From an uncultured Bacteroidales bacterium (GTDB lineage: Bacteria > Bacteroidota > Bacteroidia > Bacteroidales > P3): a stretch of 64,000 nucleotides of DNA. The stretch's first letter is position 1, and each line of letters begins with the position of its first letter. Made by a program: the position numbers and the translations under genes. The notes below the pieces were generated by a model. It made no database searches. It was given only the letters and a program-made list of their open reading frames with translations, and had not been told where the DNA came from. This document shows, piece after piece, positions 46,277-57,220 of this stretch. Where the stretch lies: NCBI GenBank assembly GCA_900316235.1, contig ONCC01000012.1, forward strand, positions 15,469 to 79,468, in the 5' to 3' direction.

Positions 46277-47326
46277 TTAGCGCACCTCTCCGACGAACCT
46301 CGCCATCCAATCTTCCTGCAACGGCTCGTCATCCCAATCTGCCGTGTCAATGGTCACCTCGAGCAGCTTGGCTGGACCCTCGCAAAAGAGCTCCACACTA
46401 TCGGCCAAGGCAGGAACCAGTACGCACTCTCCAGTGTGGAGAGGAACGATAGTCTCCATGCTCTTCACCGCGGCAATACCGTCGACGCACATATATACCA
46501 CGAAGTTGTCAATGTTCTCAAGGTTCTTGCGGATAGGCGTGTTGAGGGGAATGAGTTTGGTGGTAAAGTAAGGGCTGGCGGCAAGGGTCGTTGATTCGTT
46601 TAACGGAGCGTGGTAGCGGGTGTTGGCATGTTCGCGTAGTCCTTTGAAGTCGATAGCTTCCATGGCCTCCTCGGTATGCAGCTGTCGCAGGTTGCCGTCG
46701 GCGTCGCGACGGTTGTAGTCGTAGATACGGTAGGTGCAGTCTGACGTCTGCTGTATTTCGGCTACCATCAAACCCTTTCCCAAAGCGTGGACACGGCCGG
46801 CGGGGATGAAGTAGACATCACCAGCCTTAGGCTCCTCGCTATGAAGCAGGTCCTCGAGATGGCCTGCTGCCAAAGCAGCGCGGTACTCCTCTTCACTGGT
46901 GTCGCGACGGAAACCGCTGATGAGTCTGGAGCCCTCATCTGCCTCCATCACATACCACATCTCTGTCTTGCCACAGGGCATGCCGCGTTTTTGCGCTAGC
47001 TCGTCGTCGGGATGTACTTGGATGCTGAGATCCTTGGCAGCATCGATAATCTTAAACAGCAAGGGAAACTCCGTGCCGAAACGGTTGTAAATCTTGTCTC
47101 CCACCAAGTCGCCCATGTAAATTTCGATAGCCTCATTGAGGGTGTTTTCGGCCAAAAAACCATTGGCTATCACGCTCTCACGTCCTTCAACGCTCGAGAG
47201 GGCCCACAGCTCGCCACAGTTCGGCAGCGGGTCGTAGTTGAAGCCATAACCTTTCAGTTTGTTGCCTCCCCAGATAACATTCTTGTACAGAGGCAGGAAT
47301 TTAAGCGGATAGAGTGAGCTTTGCAT
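46277..47326 (-). CDS. manA: class I mannose-6-phosphate isomerase
   Basis: LYPLKFLPLYKNVIWGG, LSIQVHPDD, KTEMWYV and AGRVHALG are cupin/PMI motifs. Confidence 0.85.
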   Translation of the reverse strand: MQSSLYPLKFLPLYKNVIWGGNKLKGYGFNYDPLPNCGELWALSSVEGRESVIANGFLAENTLNEAIEIYMGDLVGDKIYNRFGTEFPLLFKIIDAAKDLSIQVHPDDELAQKRGMPCGKTEMWYVMEADEGSRLISGFRRDTSEEEYRAALAAGHLEDLLHSEEPKAGDVYFIPAGRVHALGKGLMVAEIQQTSDCTYRIYDYNRRDADGNLRQLHTEEAMEAIDFKGLREHANTRYHAPLNESTTLAASPYFTTKLIPLNTPIRKNLENIDNFVVYMCVDGIAAVKSMETIVPLHTGECVLVPALADSVELFCEGPAKLLEVTIDTADWDDEPLQEDWMARFVGEVR

Positions 47327-47553
47327 TAGTAACTTCTGGTTGTGTGACTATTAGCTTTATTGGTGCCCTTGACCTTGATATTGGAATTGATCTTACGGCC
47401 TTTGTTTGATTTTTGACGCTCATACATTATTCCTTTCGAGTTATTGTTTGAGCGACTCTTCGAACTGCTTCCACACGACACCTGAACGCCTGTCAGCGCC
47501 AGCACACCGGCGATAAGCACCAAAGGCAGCAGTTTTTTCATTATACGTTTCAT
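47326..47553 (-). CDS. small basic lipoprotein, hypothetical
   Basis: MKRIMKKLLPLVLIAGVLALTGVQVSC is a lipobox, followed by a Ser/Asn/Lys-rich tail. The start codon is uncertain. Confidence 0.4.
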   Translation of the reverse strand: MKRIMKKLLPLVLIAGVLALTGVQVSCGSSSKSRSNNNSKGIMYERQKSNKGRKINSNIKVKGTNKANSHTTRSY

Positions 47554-47661
47554 ATTTTCTGTATTGATTATCAATTAATAATAAAGGTTGTCTTCCCTAA
47601 CGGAGAGTACAAAATAACAATTTTTTCTTTATATAATCAAATTTAATTTCATCCCATGGTT

Positions 47662-48465
47662 CTACTGACGAACCTCGGTACCCCACATGAGTTTGTCGCG
47701 GATGGCGGAGAAGAAGTTTTGCGTGTCCAGGCGGATGAGTCTGATGGTGAAGGGCGCTCGAGATAGGGTAAAAGTGGACGGTCCCTGAAGGGGAGAACGC
47801 CGAGAGTCGATGCCAAGAGTGAATGGCTGCTCTGAGTTGATACGAAGCTTGAGCCGCGCGGTGTCGGGAATGATAATGGGGCGAAGGGTGAGTGTGTGTG
47901 CCGAGATAGGCGTGATGACGAAACAGGAGGAGTCGGGCGTGAGGATGGGGCCACCGCAGCTAAGGGAATAGGCGGTGGAACCGGTGGGCGAGGCCACAAT
48001 GACACCATCGCCAGCATAGGAGGCCACATAGAGGCCGTCGACATAAACCTCGGTACGGAGCATGGAAGAACCTTCGGGCCGGTGAAGGAAAACCTCATTG
48101 AGAGCATAACCCACACCATCGACTGCAAGGAGGGTGCGGTGCTCCGTTGTAAAACGACCCGCAAGAAGATCGCTGACGAGACTGGAAAGGTTTTCCTTGC
48201 CAGCAGTGGTAAGGAAGCCCAAATGGCCGAAATTAATGCCTAAAATGGGCGGGAAAGCGTCGGGACGCGAGGTGTGGATGAACTGCACAGAGGAAAGCAG
48301 CGTTCCGTCGCCACCTATAGAGAAGAGGTAGTCAAAACCGTCGAGACTGTCACCATCACTGACGGTCTGCGTAGTCACATCGGCTTGACGCAACTCAGCA
48401 CAAAGATAGTCGAATGCTGGAAGATCGACAGGATCGATGTGGCGGTAATAGAGGGCTATCTTCAT
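47662..48465 (-). CDS. nadK: NAD kinase
   Basis: FSIGGDGTLL (GGDG), NEVFL and ASPTGSTAYSLSCGGPI are NAD kinase motifs. Confidence 0.88.
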   Translation of the reverse strand: MKIALYYRHIDPVDLPAFDYLCAELRQADVTTQTVSDGDSLDGFDYLFSIGGDGTLLSSVQFIHTSRPDAFPPILGINFGHLGFLTTAGKENLSSLVSDLLAGRFTTEHRTLLAVDGVGYALNEVFLHRPEGSSMLRTEVYVDGLYVASYAGDGVIVASPTGSTAYSLSCGGPILTPDSSCFVITPISAHTLTLRPIIIPDTARLKLRINSEQPFTLGIDSRRSPLQGPSTFTLSRAPFTIRLIRLDTQNFFSAIRDKLMWGTEVRQ

Positions 48466-48478
48466 TTTCTTAAAGGCT

Positions 48479-49741
48479 TTATTTTATCACTAATAATGAA
48501 CCGGTATATATCTTGATACGGTTGTCGTTGAAACGGCAACGAAGGTAATAGGCATAGGCGCCTTGCGGTGTGTTGGCAGCAGGAGTCCATCCTGCGGAAG
48601 GATCTTCTGTGCTGTAGACGAGGAGCCCGTCGCGGGTATAGATGAACAACTCGTAGAGGTCACCCTTGAGTCCACACACAACAGGAAGAAAGGTGCCATT
48701 GGCAGGGTCGCCAACAATAACAGTATTGGGAATGGCAATGGCGGGCGATATCGGATTGGGAATAACGACCCACGCGGTGTTGGAGTAGCGAGGATTCAGG
48801 CCACAGGCATCGAACACTTTCAACATATAGCAATGTAGCGAATCGAAGGGGTTGATATCGCGGTCGGTGTAGTGAAACTGTGACTGTTTCGGCTGAAAAG
48901 TAATCATTTCACGCCACGGAGTGCCGTCAATACTGCGATAAAGGGTGTATTCGAAAGCAGTGTCGACCTCGCAGGTGAGGTTGATGACGGTGTGGATGCT
49001 GTCGTACTCGATACCGCTAATCTCCACCACCGAGGCGGTGTCGATGGTGCGGCGCTCGACCATCACAATATTGGACTCCGGTTGAAAATGGAAGTAATCG
49101 TCAATAGTCGTAGACAAATCAGGAATCCCAACCACCACTCGCAGCCAAACACGAGTGACGGATTCCGGTAAGTCGAAGGTACATTCCAATGGTTCTCCGT
49201 CGCTCCTGCCAGTGAAGTCATGAAATGCAGTGTCGAGGGGTTCCCTGAGTATTTCCACTTGGTAGAACGGCTTTTCATGTCCCAAAGGTTGGGGGTTCCC
49301 CTCGTAAGGGGTCCAGTGGCATCTCACCGTTGTTTCACATTCGGGCACCTCGGCTTCAAGTACCACATTGCCAAAAGAAGGAGTAAGAGAACTGACATTA
49401 AAGCTGCTGTCGAAGACATGCAAACGGTAAGTGTGTCGTTCCAATGGACTATGGTCAACGCAAATATAACTGGTGTTGAGCCGTCCAAATACAGTGTCAT
49501 AGTCGAGGCACGGAGTGCCGGTGCAGATATGATAACCCATAGTGGCACTGGTGGCCGAAGGATTCCAGCGGAGCATTATCTGCTGGGTGGCGCTGTCGAC
49601 GGTGGCCATCCACTCGGTGACAGGCGCCACAGGCTCCTGTGCATGAAGAGGGGCGGTGCGTGAAGAAAGAAATATGAAGCATAAGCTGACGCAAAAAAAC
49701 AGCGCAAGCCCATGTTTCATTTTTGGTTTTTCTTTCTTCAT
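48479..49741 (-). CDS. T9SS type-B sorting domain (gliding-motility C-terminal domain) protein
   Basis: Signal peptide ends LHA-Q. The C-terminal ~85 aa (NGTFLPVV...LFIYTRDGLLVYST...GWTPAANTPQGAYAYYLRC...IYTGSLLVIK) fits the type-B CTD pattern. Confidence 0.65.
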   Translation of the reverse strand: MKKEKPKMKHGLALFFCVSLCFIFLSSRTAPLHAQEPVAPVTEWMATVDSATQQIMLRWNPSATSATMGYHICTGTPCLDYDTVFGRLNTSYICVDHSPLERHTYRLHVFDSSFNVSSLTPSFGNVVLEAEVPECETTVRCHWTPYEGNPQPLGHEKPFYQVEILREPLDTAFHDFTGRSDGEPLECTFDLPESVTRVWLRVVVGIPDLSTTIDDYFHFQPESNIVMVERRTIDTASVVEISGIEYDSIHTVINLTCEVDTAFEYTLYRSIDGTPWREMITFQPKQSQFHYTDRDINPFDSLHCYMLKVFDACGLNPRYSNTAWVVIPNPISPAIAIPNTVIVGDPANGTFLPVVCGLKGDLYELFIYTRDGLLVYSTEDPSAGWTPAANTPQGAYAYYLRCRFNDNRIKIYTGSLLVIK

Positions 49742-49744
49742 TTC

Positions 49745-51556
49745 CTAAAAGCTTTGCAATGCAACGAGTTCGGCATAGCGTCCATGGAGAGCCATAAGCT
49801 CGCTATGGGTACCACGTTCCACAACTCGTCCGTGGTCGAGAACCACTATGCAATCGGCGTTTACCACCGTAGAGAGGCGATGGGCTATGACAATGGCAGA
49901 ACGGTGGCGCAACACCTCGTCGAGGGTTGCCTGAAGCAGACGCTCGCTCTCGGTGTCGAGGGCAGAGGTTGCTTCATCAAGGATGAGCAGGTCGGGATTA
50001 CGGAGGAGGGCACGGGCGATGCTGATGCGTTGTCGTTGGCCTCCGCTAAGGAGATTTCCTCCCTCGCCAAGGGATGTGTCATAGCCTTTGGGGAGAGCAG
50101 CAATAAAGTCATGGGCCTGGGCTGCTCTTGCGGCCTGTTCTACATCATGGCGCGATGCTCCAGGGCAGCCAAAAGCGATATTGGCAGCCACAGTATCGTT
50201 GAAAAGTAGCGTGTCCTGCGCTACTACGCCAATGCGGCTGCGGAGGGCGGTAAGAGACATGCTGTTGATATCAATACCTCCCAAAAGAATTTCTCCTTGC
50301 GTACAAGGATAGAAACGGCAAAGAAGATCGGCGATGGTCGACTTGCCACTGCCGGAACTCCCCACCAACGCGAGCGTTGTTCCACAAGGAACATCAAAGG
50401 AAATATCCTCAAGCACTGGCACGCCTTCGTTGTAGGAGAAAGAAACATGACGGAGAGAAACGGTAGGAGATTCCAGATTCGGATTTTTGTCCTCTGCCTC
50501 CCGGATTACATCCGGTTCTGAAGGTTCGTTGAGAAAGGCATTGATACGGTCGGAACATGCACGCCCTTTTTTGATTTGAGATAGTCCGGTAGAAAAGTCC
50601 TTGGCGGGCGGAATCATCAGCACAAAGAGCATCACATACGAGATAAAGAGTTCAGAGGTGAGACCCTGGTCACCACTGAACACAAGCCAAGCGCCAAAAA
50701 GGAGAATGCCAATGACAATGGTGTTGCCAAGGAAGTCACTGACTGGCGATGCAGCATCGATACGACGTAACATAAGGGTACGACGACGAGTATACTCGCG
50801 GTTGGAAGCCCGGAAACGTCGGTTGGAAAAATCGATGGCGGTATAAGATTTGATGACCTTGAGTCCGCCAATGGTCTCGTCGGTAAGAGAGACCAGATAG
50901 GAATTCATCTCCTGAACAATCTTCGAACTACGCTTGAGGCGGTGGGAAATGCCGGAGATGACCAAGGCTACCAACGGCAGCATACAGAGGACAAAAAGAG
51001 TGAGTTTGACGTTGATGTAGAAAAGCATGAAGAGATAGAGGGTCATACTGATGACCGATGTCAGAAGCATTTGGATGGAACCGAGAATACCTTCTTCGTA
51101 TTCCACCATGTCACTGGTGAAACGGGCCATAACATCGCCTTTTCGATGATGGTCATAGTAGCTCATGGGGAGACGCATGGCCTTGTGGAACATACGGTTG
51201 CGCAAGTTGCGAACAATGCCGATACGAATGATGGAGATTTCAATGGCAGAGAGATAGGAAAAAACATTTTTGAGCGAGTAAAGCACAAAGATGATGCCCG
51301 AAAAGAGCAGTAAGGCGTTGAGCTGTCCAAAGGAGATGAGCCATGCGTAGAGCCGGTCGAGTGCCATCGCCACAAGATTGCCTGAGGCTGTCGGAATATC
51401 CTCTCCAGTACCAAACAGAATCTTTAAGAAGTCGGCCACCGAGAGAGCCGTGGCCATGGTGAAGAGGACACTGAGCACCACAAAGAGGCCATACAATGCA
51501 CTTTGTCCACTGTATGGCTTCAATTGATGAAGGGTGAAATTGTCACGCAGGCTCAC
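49745..51556 (-). CDS. ABC transporter permease/ATP-binding fusion protein (MsbA-like exporter)
   Basis: Six-TM domain followed by Walker [10 protein letters not shown], signature LSGGQRQR and Walker [12 protein letters not shown]. Confidence 0.88.
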   Translation of the reverse strand: MSLRDNFTLHQLKPYSGQSALYGLFVVLSVLFTMATALSVADFLKILFGTGEDIPTASGNLVAMALDRLYAWLISFGQLNALLLFSGIIFVLYSLKNVFSYLSAIEISIIRIGIVRNLRNRMFHKAMRLPMSYYDHHRKGDVMARFTSDMVEYEEGILGSIQMLLTSVISMTLYLFMLFYINVKLTLFVLCMLPLVALVISGISHRLKRSSKIVQEMNSYLVSLTDETIGGLKVIKSYTAIDFSNRRFRASNREYTRRRTLMLRRIDAASPVSDFLGNTIVIGILLFGAWLVFSGDQGLTSELFISYVMLFVLMIPPAKDFSTGLSQIKKGRACSDRINAFLNEPSEPDVIREAEDKNPNLESPTVSLRHVSFSYNEGVPVLEDISFDVPCGTTLALVGSSGSGKSTIADLLCRFYPCTQGEILLGGIDINSMSLTALRSRIGVVAQDTLLFNDTVAANIAFGCPGASRHDVEQAARAAQAHDFIAALPKGYDTSLGEGGNLLSGGQRQRISIARALLRNPDLLILDEATSALDTESERLLQATLDEVLRHRSAIVIAHRLSTVVNADCIVVLDHGRVVERGTHSELMALHGRYAELVALQSF

Positions 51557-52902
51557 AGGCTGTAACCAATATAATTGTGAGGAGTTATCCGACGAATACG
51601 TTCTTTGATTTCGGGAGCCACGTCAAGGGTCTCGACAAAGGCGGAAATAGTAGCATCTGTGACCTTCTCATTGGTTCGGGTGAGCTGCTTGAGAGCTTCA
51701 TAGGGATTGGGGTAACCCACTGAACGCAAGATGGTCTGAATGGCCTCGGCCACCACAGCCCAGTTGTTCTCCAAGTCGCGATAAAGGGCCTGCTCATTAA
51801 GGAGCAACTTGCCAAGGCCTTTCTCCAGTGAAGCAATGGAAATCATGGTATGGGCGATGGGTACGCCGATATTGCGGGAGACAGTACTATCGGTGAGGTC
51901 ACGCTGCATGCGGCTGATGGGGAGTTTGTGGCTGAGGTGTTCAAAGATGGCATTCGCCAACCCCAGATTGCCTTCTGCGTTCTCGAAATCAATAGGATTG
52001 ACCTTGTGGGGCATCGCACTGGAGCCCACTTCACCGGCTTTGATTTTCTGCTTAAAATACTCCATCGAGACGTAGGTCCAAACATCGCGGCAGAGGTCAA
52101 TGAGAATGACATTGATGCGCTTGCAGGCATCGAACCAAGCCGCCATCATGTCATAGTTCTCAATCTGTGTGGTGAGCTGCTGACGCTCAAGGCCGAGGTG
52201 GTTCTTCACGAAATCATTTCCAAAGGCACGCCAATCAATATCGGGGAATGCCGCAAGGTGAGCGTTGAAATTGCCCGTGGCACCACCGAATTTGGCGGTG
52301 AAGGGAATGCGCTCCAGCTCGTCAATCTGACGGTGCAGACGGTAAGCGAAAACACCCCACTCCTTACCCAATGTAGTGGGCGAGGCCGGCTGGCCATGGG
52401 TGTGGGCCAGCATAGGGATATCCTTCCACTCCTCGGCACGCTCGTCAAGCATGGCTAGGATTTTCCTATAGGCCGGCAAAAGCACTTCATTGTGGCTCTC
52501 TTTCATGCTGAGGGGCACCGATGTGTTGTTGATGTCCTGCGAGGTGAGGCCGAAATGGATGAACTCCTTGAGGTCGGCGAGACCCATCTCGTCGAATTTC
52601 CCTTTGAGGAAATACTCCACAGCCTTCACATCATGGTTGGTAACCTTCTCGATATCCTTGATGGCCTGTGCGTCGTCATCGGTAAAGTTGCGGTAGATAT
52701 CGCGCAAAGCTTCGGCTTTACCTGCCACAGCAGCAAGGGCAGGACGTTTCTCTTTCAATCGGTCGGCAAGGGCAATAAAATATTCTACCTCTACACGGAC
52801 ACGATATTTTATCAATGCCCCTTCGGAGAAATACTTGGCCAGGGGCTCACATTTGGAACGGTAGCGCCCGTCAATAGGCGACACTGCATTAAGACTATTC
52901 AT
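51553..52902 (-). CDS. purB: adenylosuccinate lyase
   Basis: 449 aa with SPIDGRY, GLTSQDINN and the fumarate-lyase signature SSAMPHKVNP. Confidence 0.95.
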   Translation of the reverse strand: MNSLNAVSPIDGRYRSKCEPLAKYFSEGALIKYRVRVEVEYFIALADRLKEKRPALAAVAGKAEALRDIYRNFTDDDAQAIKDIEKVTNHDVKAVEYFLKGKFDEMGLADLKEFIHFGLTSQDINNTSVPLSMKESHNEVLLPAYRKILAMLDERAEEWKDIPMLAHTHGQPASPTTLGKEWGVFAYRLHRQIDELERIPFTAKFGGATGNFNAHLAAFPDIDWRAFGNDFVKNHLGLERQQLTTQIENYDMMAAWFDACKRINVILIDLCRDVWTYVSMEYFKQKIKAGEVGSSAMPHKVNPIDFENAEGNLGLANAIFEHLSHKLPISRMQRDLTDSTVSRNIGVPIAHTMISIASLEKGLGKLLLNEQALYRDLENNWAVVAEAIQTILRSVGYPNPYEALKQLTRTNEKVTDATISAFVETLDVAPEIKERIRRITPHNYIGYSL

Positions 52903-52905
52903 TGA

Positions 52906-53643
52906 TTATATTGTTTTATTCAAAAAATCATATTTTTCCAGTGTTTTCTCCACTTTGCGGTCATGGGTGAGGTTGATAAGGGCTTGGGCGTAGACAGTAT
53001 TATGGGTATCGGTGCCCATGAATTCCACCCATCCCTGCTCCAGCATATAGTAGGCGCGTCTCTTGGCTTCTTCGCCGTAGAATCCTCCTAGCGACAGGGC
53101 ATTAATCTGAAAATAAACGCCCTGATTCTTAAGCTGCTCCATGCGCGAGCCGAAGACGTTGAGATAAGGATAGCGTTCGGGGTGGGCCAGGATGATGTCG
53201 TAGCCCTTCATTTGCATGTCGAAAATCATCTCATCACACCCCGGCATCTGCTGATGAAGTGAGAATTCGACAAGCACATATTTCCCCCCTAATTTAAGGA
53301 AACGGGGTTTTTCAAGACGCGCCTGGAATCCCGTATCGATGCGATATTCTCCTCCTATGCCGGCAAACACTATTTGTACTCCGGCATCGCCAGCTTGCTG
53401 TTTGAGTTCATCAAAGCGGCGGCAAATATCGTCCTCGTCATTCTGGAACCGGGGATATTGGAAATGGGGAGTGATTATCACCTTTTCGTACCCCACAGCC
53501 TTGAGGGTTTTGAGACATTCAATACTCTCTTCCATGCATTTGGAGCCATCGTCGACCCTCGGTATGAGATGGCAGTGCATGTCGGTTCCAAGGGGCTGGA
53601 AGATTGGGCGAGGTTCCTTTTTTTTCTTGAAGAAAGCAAACAT
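52906..53643 (-). CDS. CpsB/CapC-like PHP-family tyrosine-protein phosphatase
   Basis: DMHCHLIPRVDDGSK, ITPHF, LAHPERY and GTDTHN follow the CpsB metal-site pattern. Confidence 0.75.
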   Translation of the reverse strand: MFAFFKKKKEPRPIFQPLGTDMHCHLIPRVDDGSKCMEESIECLKTLKAVGYEKVIITPHFQYPRFQNDEDDICRRFDELKQQAGDAGVQIVFAGIGGEYRIDTGFQARLEKPRFLKLGGKYVLVEFSLHQQMPGCDEMIFDMQMKGYDIILAHPERYPYLNVFGSRMEQLKNQGVYFQINALSLGGFYGEEAKRRAYYMLEQGWVEFMGTDTHNTVYAQALINLTHDRKVEKTLEKYDFLNKTI

Positions 53644-53660
53644 GGCAGATGCGTAATCGT

Positions 53661-54980
53661 TTATTCGACCCTTCGTATTTCGGCACCCAAACGGCGGAGG
53701 CGTTCATCGATATGCTGGTATCCGCGGTCTATCTGCTCGATGTTGTCGATACGGCTCTTTCCTTCAGCGCTGAGTGCTGCGATGAGCAGTGCCACACCCG
53801 CACGGATATCGGGCGATACCATGCGGACACCGCGGAGTTTATGCTCGCGGTCGAGGCCTATGACCGTGGCACGGTGGGGGTCGCAGAGGATAATCTGGGC
53901 ACCCATGTCGATGAGTTTATCCACGAAGAAGAGTCGGCTCTCGAACATCTTCTGGTGGATGAGGACACTTCCCTTGGCTTGGGTGGCCACCACAAGTGCG
54001 ATGGAGATGAGGTCGGGCGTGAATCCTGGCCACGGTGCGTCGGCAACGGTCATAATCGAACCATCCATGAAGCGTTCAATCTCGTAGTGTTCCTGAGCGG
54101 GGACATAGAGGTCGTCGCCTTTCTGCCACACTTCGATGCCCAAGCGGCGGAACACCTGTGGAATGAGACCCAAATGCTGTACCTGAGCGTTCTTGATGGT
54201 GATATCACCCTCGGTCATTGCCGCCATCCCGATGAACGAACCAACCTCAATCATATCGGGAAGCAGGCGATGTTCACAGCCTTTGAGTTCCTTCACCCCC
54301 CGTATGGTCAACAAATTGCTTCCCACACCGGATATTTTGGCTCCCATGCGGTTGAGCATATTACAGAGCTGGTAGACATAAGGCTCACATGCGGCATTCA
54401 TAATAGTGGTGGTACCACGGGCCATGACGGAGGCCATGATGATGTTGGCTGTGCCGGTAACAGATGCCTCATCAAGCAACATATAACAACCCTTGAGTTT
54501 CTTGGCACTGACCATATAGGCGCCACGTTTATATTCTACCGTGGCACCAAGACGTTCCATGCCGATGAAATGGGTATCGAGACGGCGACGGCCGATCTTG
54601 TCACCTCCCGGTTGCGGCACTACGGCCTGACCGAAACGTGACAACAGCGGTCCCACCAGCATGATGCTGCCACGGAGAGCCCCTGCCTGTTCGCGGAATT
54701 GTGGACTCTGCAACACTTCGAGGTTCACCTGATCGGCCTGGAACTCAAAAGTGCGACCACTCTCGCATGCCGACGGCACATCCTCACGCACACTGACACC
54801 AAGGAGCTTCAGCAGGTCGATGAGTTTGTTCACATCGCGGATGTCGGGCACATGCTCGATGCGTACCTTCTCGGAAGTGAGCAGCACGGCACATAGCACC
54901 TGCAACGCCTCGTTTTTGGCGCCCTGCGGTACAATCTCGCCACGTAACTTGTGACCTCCTATGATTTCGAAGCTACTCAT
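53661..54980 (-). CDS. murA: UDP-N-acetylglucosamine 1-carboxyvinyltransferase
   Basis: 439 aa with GAKNEALQVLCA and GGDKIGRRRLDTH; typical full-length MurA. Confidence 0.95.
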   Translation of the reverse strand: MSSFEIIGGHKLRGEIVPQGAKNEALQVLCAVLLTSEKVRIEHVPDIRDVNKLIDLLKLLGVSVREDVPSACESGRTFEFQADQVNLEVLQSPQFREQAGALRGSIMLVGPLLSRFGQAVVPQPGGDKIGRRRLDTHFIGMERLGATVEYKRGAYMVSAKKLKGCYMLLDEASVTGTANIIMASVMARGTTTIMNAACEPYVYQLCNMLNRMGAKISGVGSNLLTIRGVKELKGCEHRLLPDMIEVGSFIGMAAMTEGDITIKNAQVQHLGLIPQVFRRLGIEVWQKGDDLYVPAQEHYEIERFMDGSIMTVADAPWPGFTPDLISIALVVATQAKGSVLIHQKMFESRLFFVDKLIDMGAQIILCDPHRATVIGLDREHKLRGVRMVSPDIRAGVALLIAALSAEGKSRIDNIEQIDRGYQHIDERLRRLGAEIRRVE

Positions 54981-55594
54981 TTTTTCTTCTTTTTCTTTTT
55001 CTTGGCACTCGACTCTTTCTTGGCCGTTACAGCAGCCATCGCATCAATGTATATCTTCGAGTCGCGGAACTGGAAGTTCTCGGGCAGCGTAATGCGACCC
55101 TCCGACAACTCGCTGAGTTGTTCACGGATGAGGTTGTCATCCACCGAATCACGGTTCCACTGCAGATACTGGCGCTTCATGGTATGCGCTATCTGCTCGG
55201 CAAGGACGCTCTTTTCCTCGCCCTCGGGCATCTCCGCCACTGCTTTTATCATGTCCTCCAGCGCACGACCATAGTGTCGGTAGTGTATCTTGTTGTCGCT
55301 ATAAGTCAACGGGTGGGGTTTGAGGAGATCTGTCTCCTCTCGAGTGACGGGATAGGGACAGTCCACATCAAGTTCGAAGTTTGCCATTATCATCAGGTGA
55401 TCCCAAAGGATATGACGGTAGTCCGTACGCTCCTTGACCTTGGGGTTCACCAGAGCCATGGTGTCGATGATGGTATGGGCCATCTTGTTGCGCTCCTCGC
55501 GGTCGGCGAGGGTCTTGGCATAGGCTATCATCTTGGCGACGTTGCGCCCATAGTCAGTAATCTTCAGTTGCTCCCGTTGAGTGTTATATTCCAT
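54977..55594 (-). CDS. DUF4290 domain protein
   Basis: The opening MEYNTQREQLKITDYGRNVAKMI...HILWDHL is as I recall for DUF4290, commonly upstream of murA in Bacteroidota. Lys-rich tail. Confidence 0.7.
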   Translation of the reverse strand: MEYNTQREQLKITDYGRNVAKMIAYAKTLADREERNKMAHTIIDTMALVNPKVKERTDYRHILWDHLMIMANFELDVDCPYPVTREETDLLKPHPLTYSDNKIHYRHYGRALEDMIKAVAEMPEGEEKSVLAEQIAHTMKRQYLQWNRDSVDDNLIREQLSELSEGRITLPENFQFRDSKIYIDAMAAVTAKKESSAKKKKKKKK

Positions 55595-55615
55595 TTTTCT
55601 GTTTGCGTTGTTTGT

Positions 55616-56218
55616 TTAATATAGCCAAGGGCCACCATAAAAATCATGGCATGGTATGCCATAGCCGTAATAGGGGTATCCCAAAATGCCGAGGGCATCG
55701 TTTCCATAGTGGTCATGGATGAAGTGGAAGTGCATCTCAAGCATCGAGTCATCGCTCAATGCATAACTGAAACCGCCACTGAGGGCAGTGACACCGATAT
55801 TAAAAGACTCGTTGAAGGGCGACCACACAGGTTCGTGCCATCCACCAATATGCATCACCGTTGCCCAGAGGGTCAGCCGGTCGTTGACCTGATAGTCGGC
55901 TCCGACAGAAGCTCCCCTCAGCTGCGTCCCACGGCGTCGCGGTGCGAGACTGCGGGTGTTGCCTTGCAGCTCATAGCCTCCCAGCAGCGACCCCACGGCG
56001 ACAAAGCCCCCACGGAGTGTCAGCCGGTCGTTGGCACGGTAGGCCACCCTCGGTGTCACCCACAGATAGGCATTCCCTTTGCCATTGCTGGTCATCACCG
56101 ACGACCCCACAGACAAATGGTAGTCCCACCTCGCGGTGTCAGCTTCCGTCCTGTCTTGTGCGGAAACACCACCCGTGAACACCAAAAGGGCTATTATGGC
56201 TAGTGTCTTTTTATACAT
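55616..56218 (-). CDS. hypothetical outer-membrane beta-barrel-like protein
   Basis: Signal peptide ends VSA-Q. Alternating strand pattern and an aromatic C-terminus (GGPWLY). Confidence 0.45.
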   Translation of the reverse strand: MYKKTLAIIALLVFTGGVSAQDRTEADTARWDYHLSVGSSVMTSNGKGNAYLWVTPRVAYRANDRLTLRGGFVAVGSLLGGYELQGNTRSLAPRRRGTQLRGASVGADYQVNDRLTLWATVMHIGGWHEPVWSPFNESFNIGVTALSGGFSYALSDDSMLEMHFHFIHDHYGNDALGILGYPYYGYGIPCHDFYGGPWLY

Positions 56219-56317
56219 AACAAAACCCTAACGCTATTATTGCGCTTTTATTGTATGAATAGAGTAAAAAAGTTTGCACTGGTACCGTGTTCCGCTTCCC
56301 TATGAAGACATGCGGTA

Positions 56318-57187
56318 TTACAATTCCATCAGTTTCTGGAATGCTGTCGGTATCGGTGTCTCGAACTTGAGACGCTTTCCCGTGACAGGGTGCGTGAAAC
56401 AGAGACGGAAGGCGTGGAGGCAGAGACGGCTGACGGGCGAGAGGTCGTTCTTGTAGCCGTACATGGGGTCGTGGACCACGGGGTGCTGCAGGTCGCGCAA
56501 GTGGACGCGAATCTGGTTGCGGCGGCCGGTGTCGAGTTTAAGTTCCACCAGGCTGTAACGGCGTGAGGTCTGCTTCACCTCATAATGCGTCACCGCCAAC
56601 TTCCCTCCGTTGTCGGTGGGCGATGAGAGGACCGAGAACTCACCGTCGGTGAACCAACTTTTCACTTCGCCGTGCGACGGTTCTATGTGACCCCAGGCCA
56701 CAGCAACATAGCGGCGATCGAAGACCATACCCTTCCAATCCTCTTCGAATTTCTGAGAGACTTCCTTACTCTTGCTGACCACCATTAATCCACTGGTATC
56801 ACGGTCGAGACGATGGACAATGTGGGCATGGCAACGCTGGTGGCTGGCTTCGAGATACTGGTTGAGGACAGTAATGACAGTTTTATCGTTAGGATGCTTG
56901 CTATTGCTGAGGAGACCCTCGTGCTTATTGACCACCAGCAGATGTTGGTCTTCGTAGACGATGTCGAGGTCACGCGGACGCAAGCGATCCTTACCCGTGG
57001 CCTTCTCGATGGAAACTTTCATTCCCTTTAGTAACGGGAAATTGAACTGGCTGGTGCGACGGCCATCAACATATACGTTATGCGCAAGTAATTCCTTAAC
57101 TTTGCTGCGGCTGCTCTCTGGCATTTTTTCCTGCAAAAAAACGAGCAACTCTTTTGGCTCACTGACGATGTATTCCTGAGTCTTCAT
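56318..57187 (-). CDS. RluA-family pseudouridine synthase with N-terminal S4 domain
   Basis: HRLDRDTSGLMV is the catalytic Asp motif. Also GRRNQIRVH. Confidence 0.88.
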   Translation of the reverse strand: MKTQEYIVSEPKELLVFLQEKMPESSRSKVKELLAHNVYVDGRRTSQFNFPLLKGMKVSIEKATGKDRLRPRDLDIVYEDQHLLVVNKHEGLLSNSKHPNDKTVITVLNQYLEASHQRCHAHIVHRLDRDTSGLMVVSKSKEVSQKFEEDWKGMVFDRRYVAVAWGHIEPSHGEVKSWFTDGEFSVLSSPTDNGGKLAVTHYEVKQTSRRYSLVELKLDTGRRNQIRVHLRDLQHPVVHDPMYGYKNDLSPVSRLCLHAFRLCFTHPVTGKRLKFETPIPTAFQKLMEL

Positions 57188-57220
57188 TGTTTCACGTGAA
57201 ACATTGATTTTACTACGTTA

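Noticed and set aside
54981-55010. T-rich tract (TTTTTTCTTCTTTTTCTTTTTCTT) at the murA/DUF4290 junction as a potential phase-variation tract.
   Set aside because: The homopolymer runs are at most 6 nt and simply encode the poly-Lys tail of the DUF4290 protein. They are too short to argue for slipped-strand switching.
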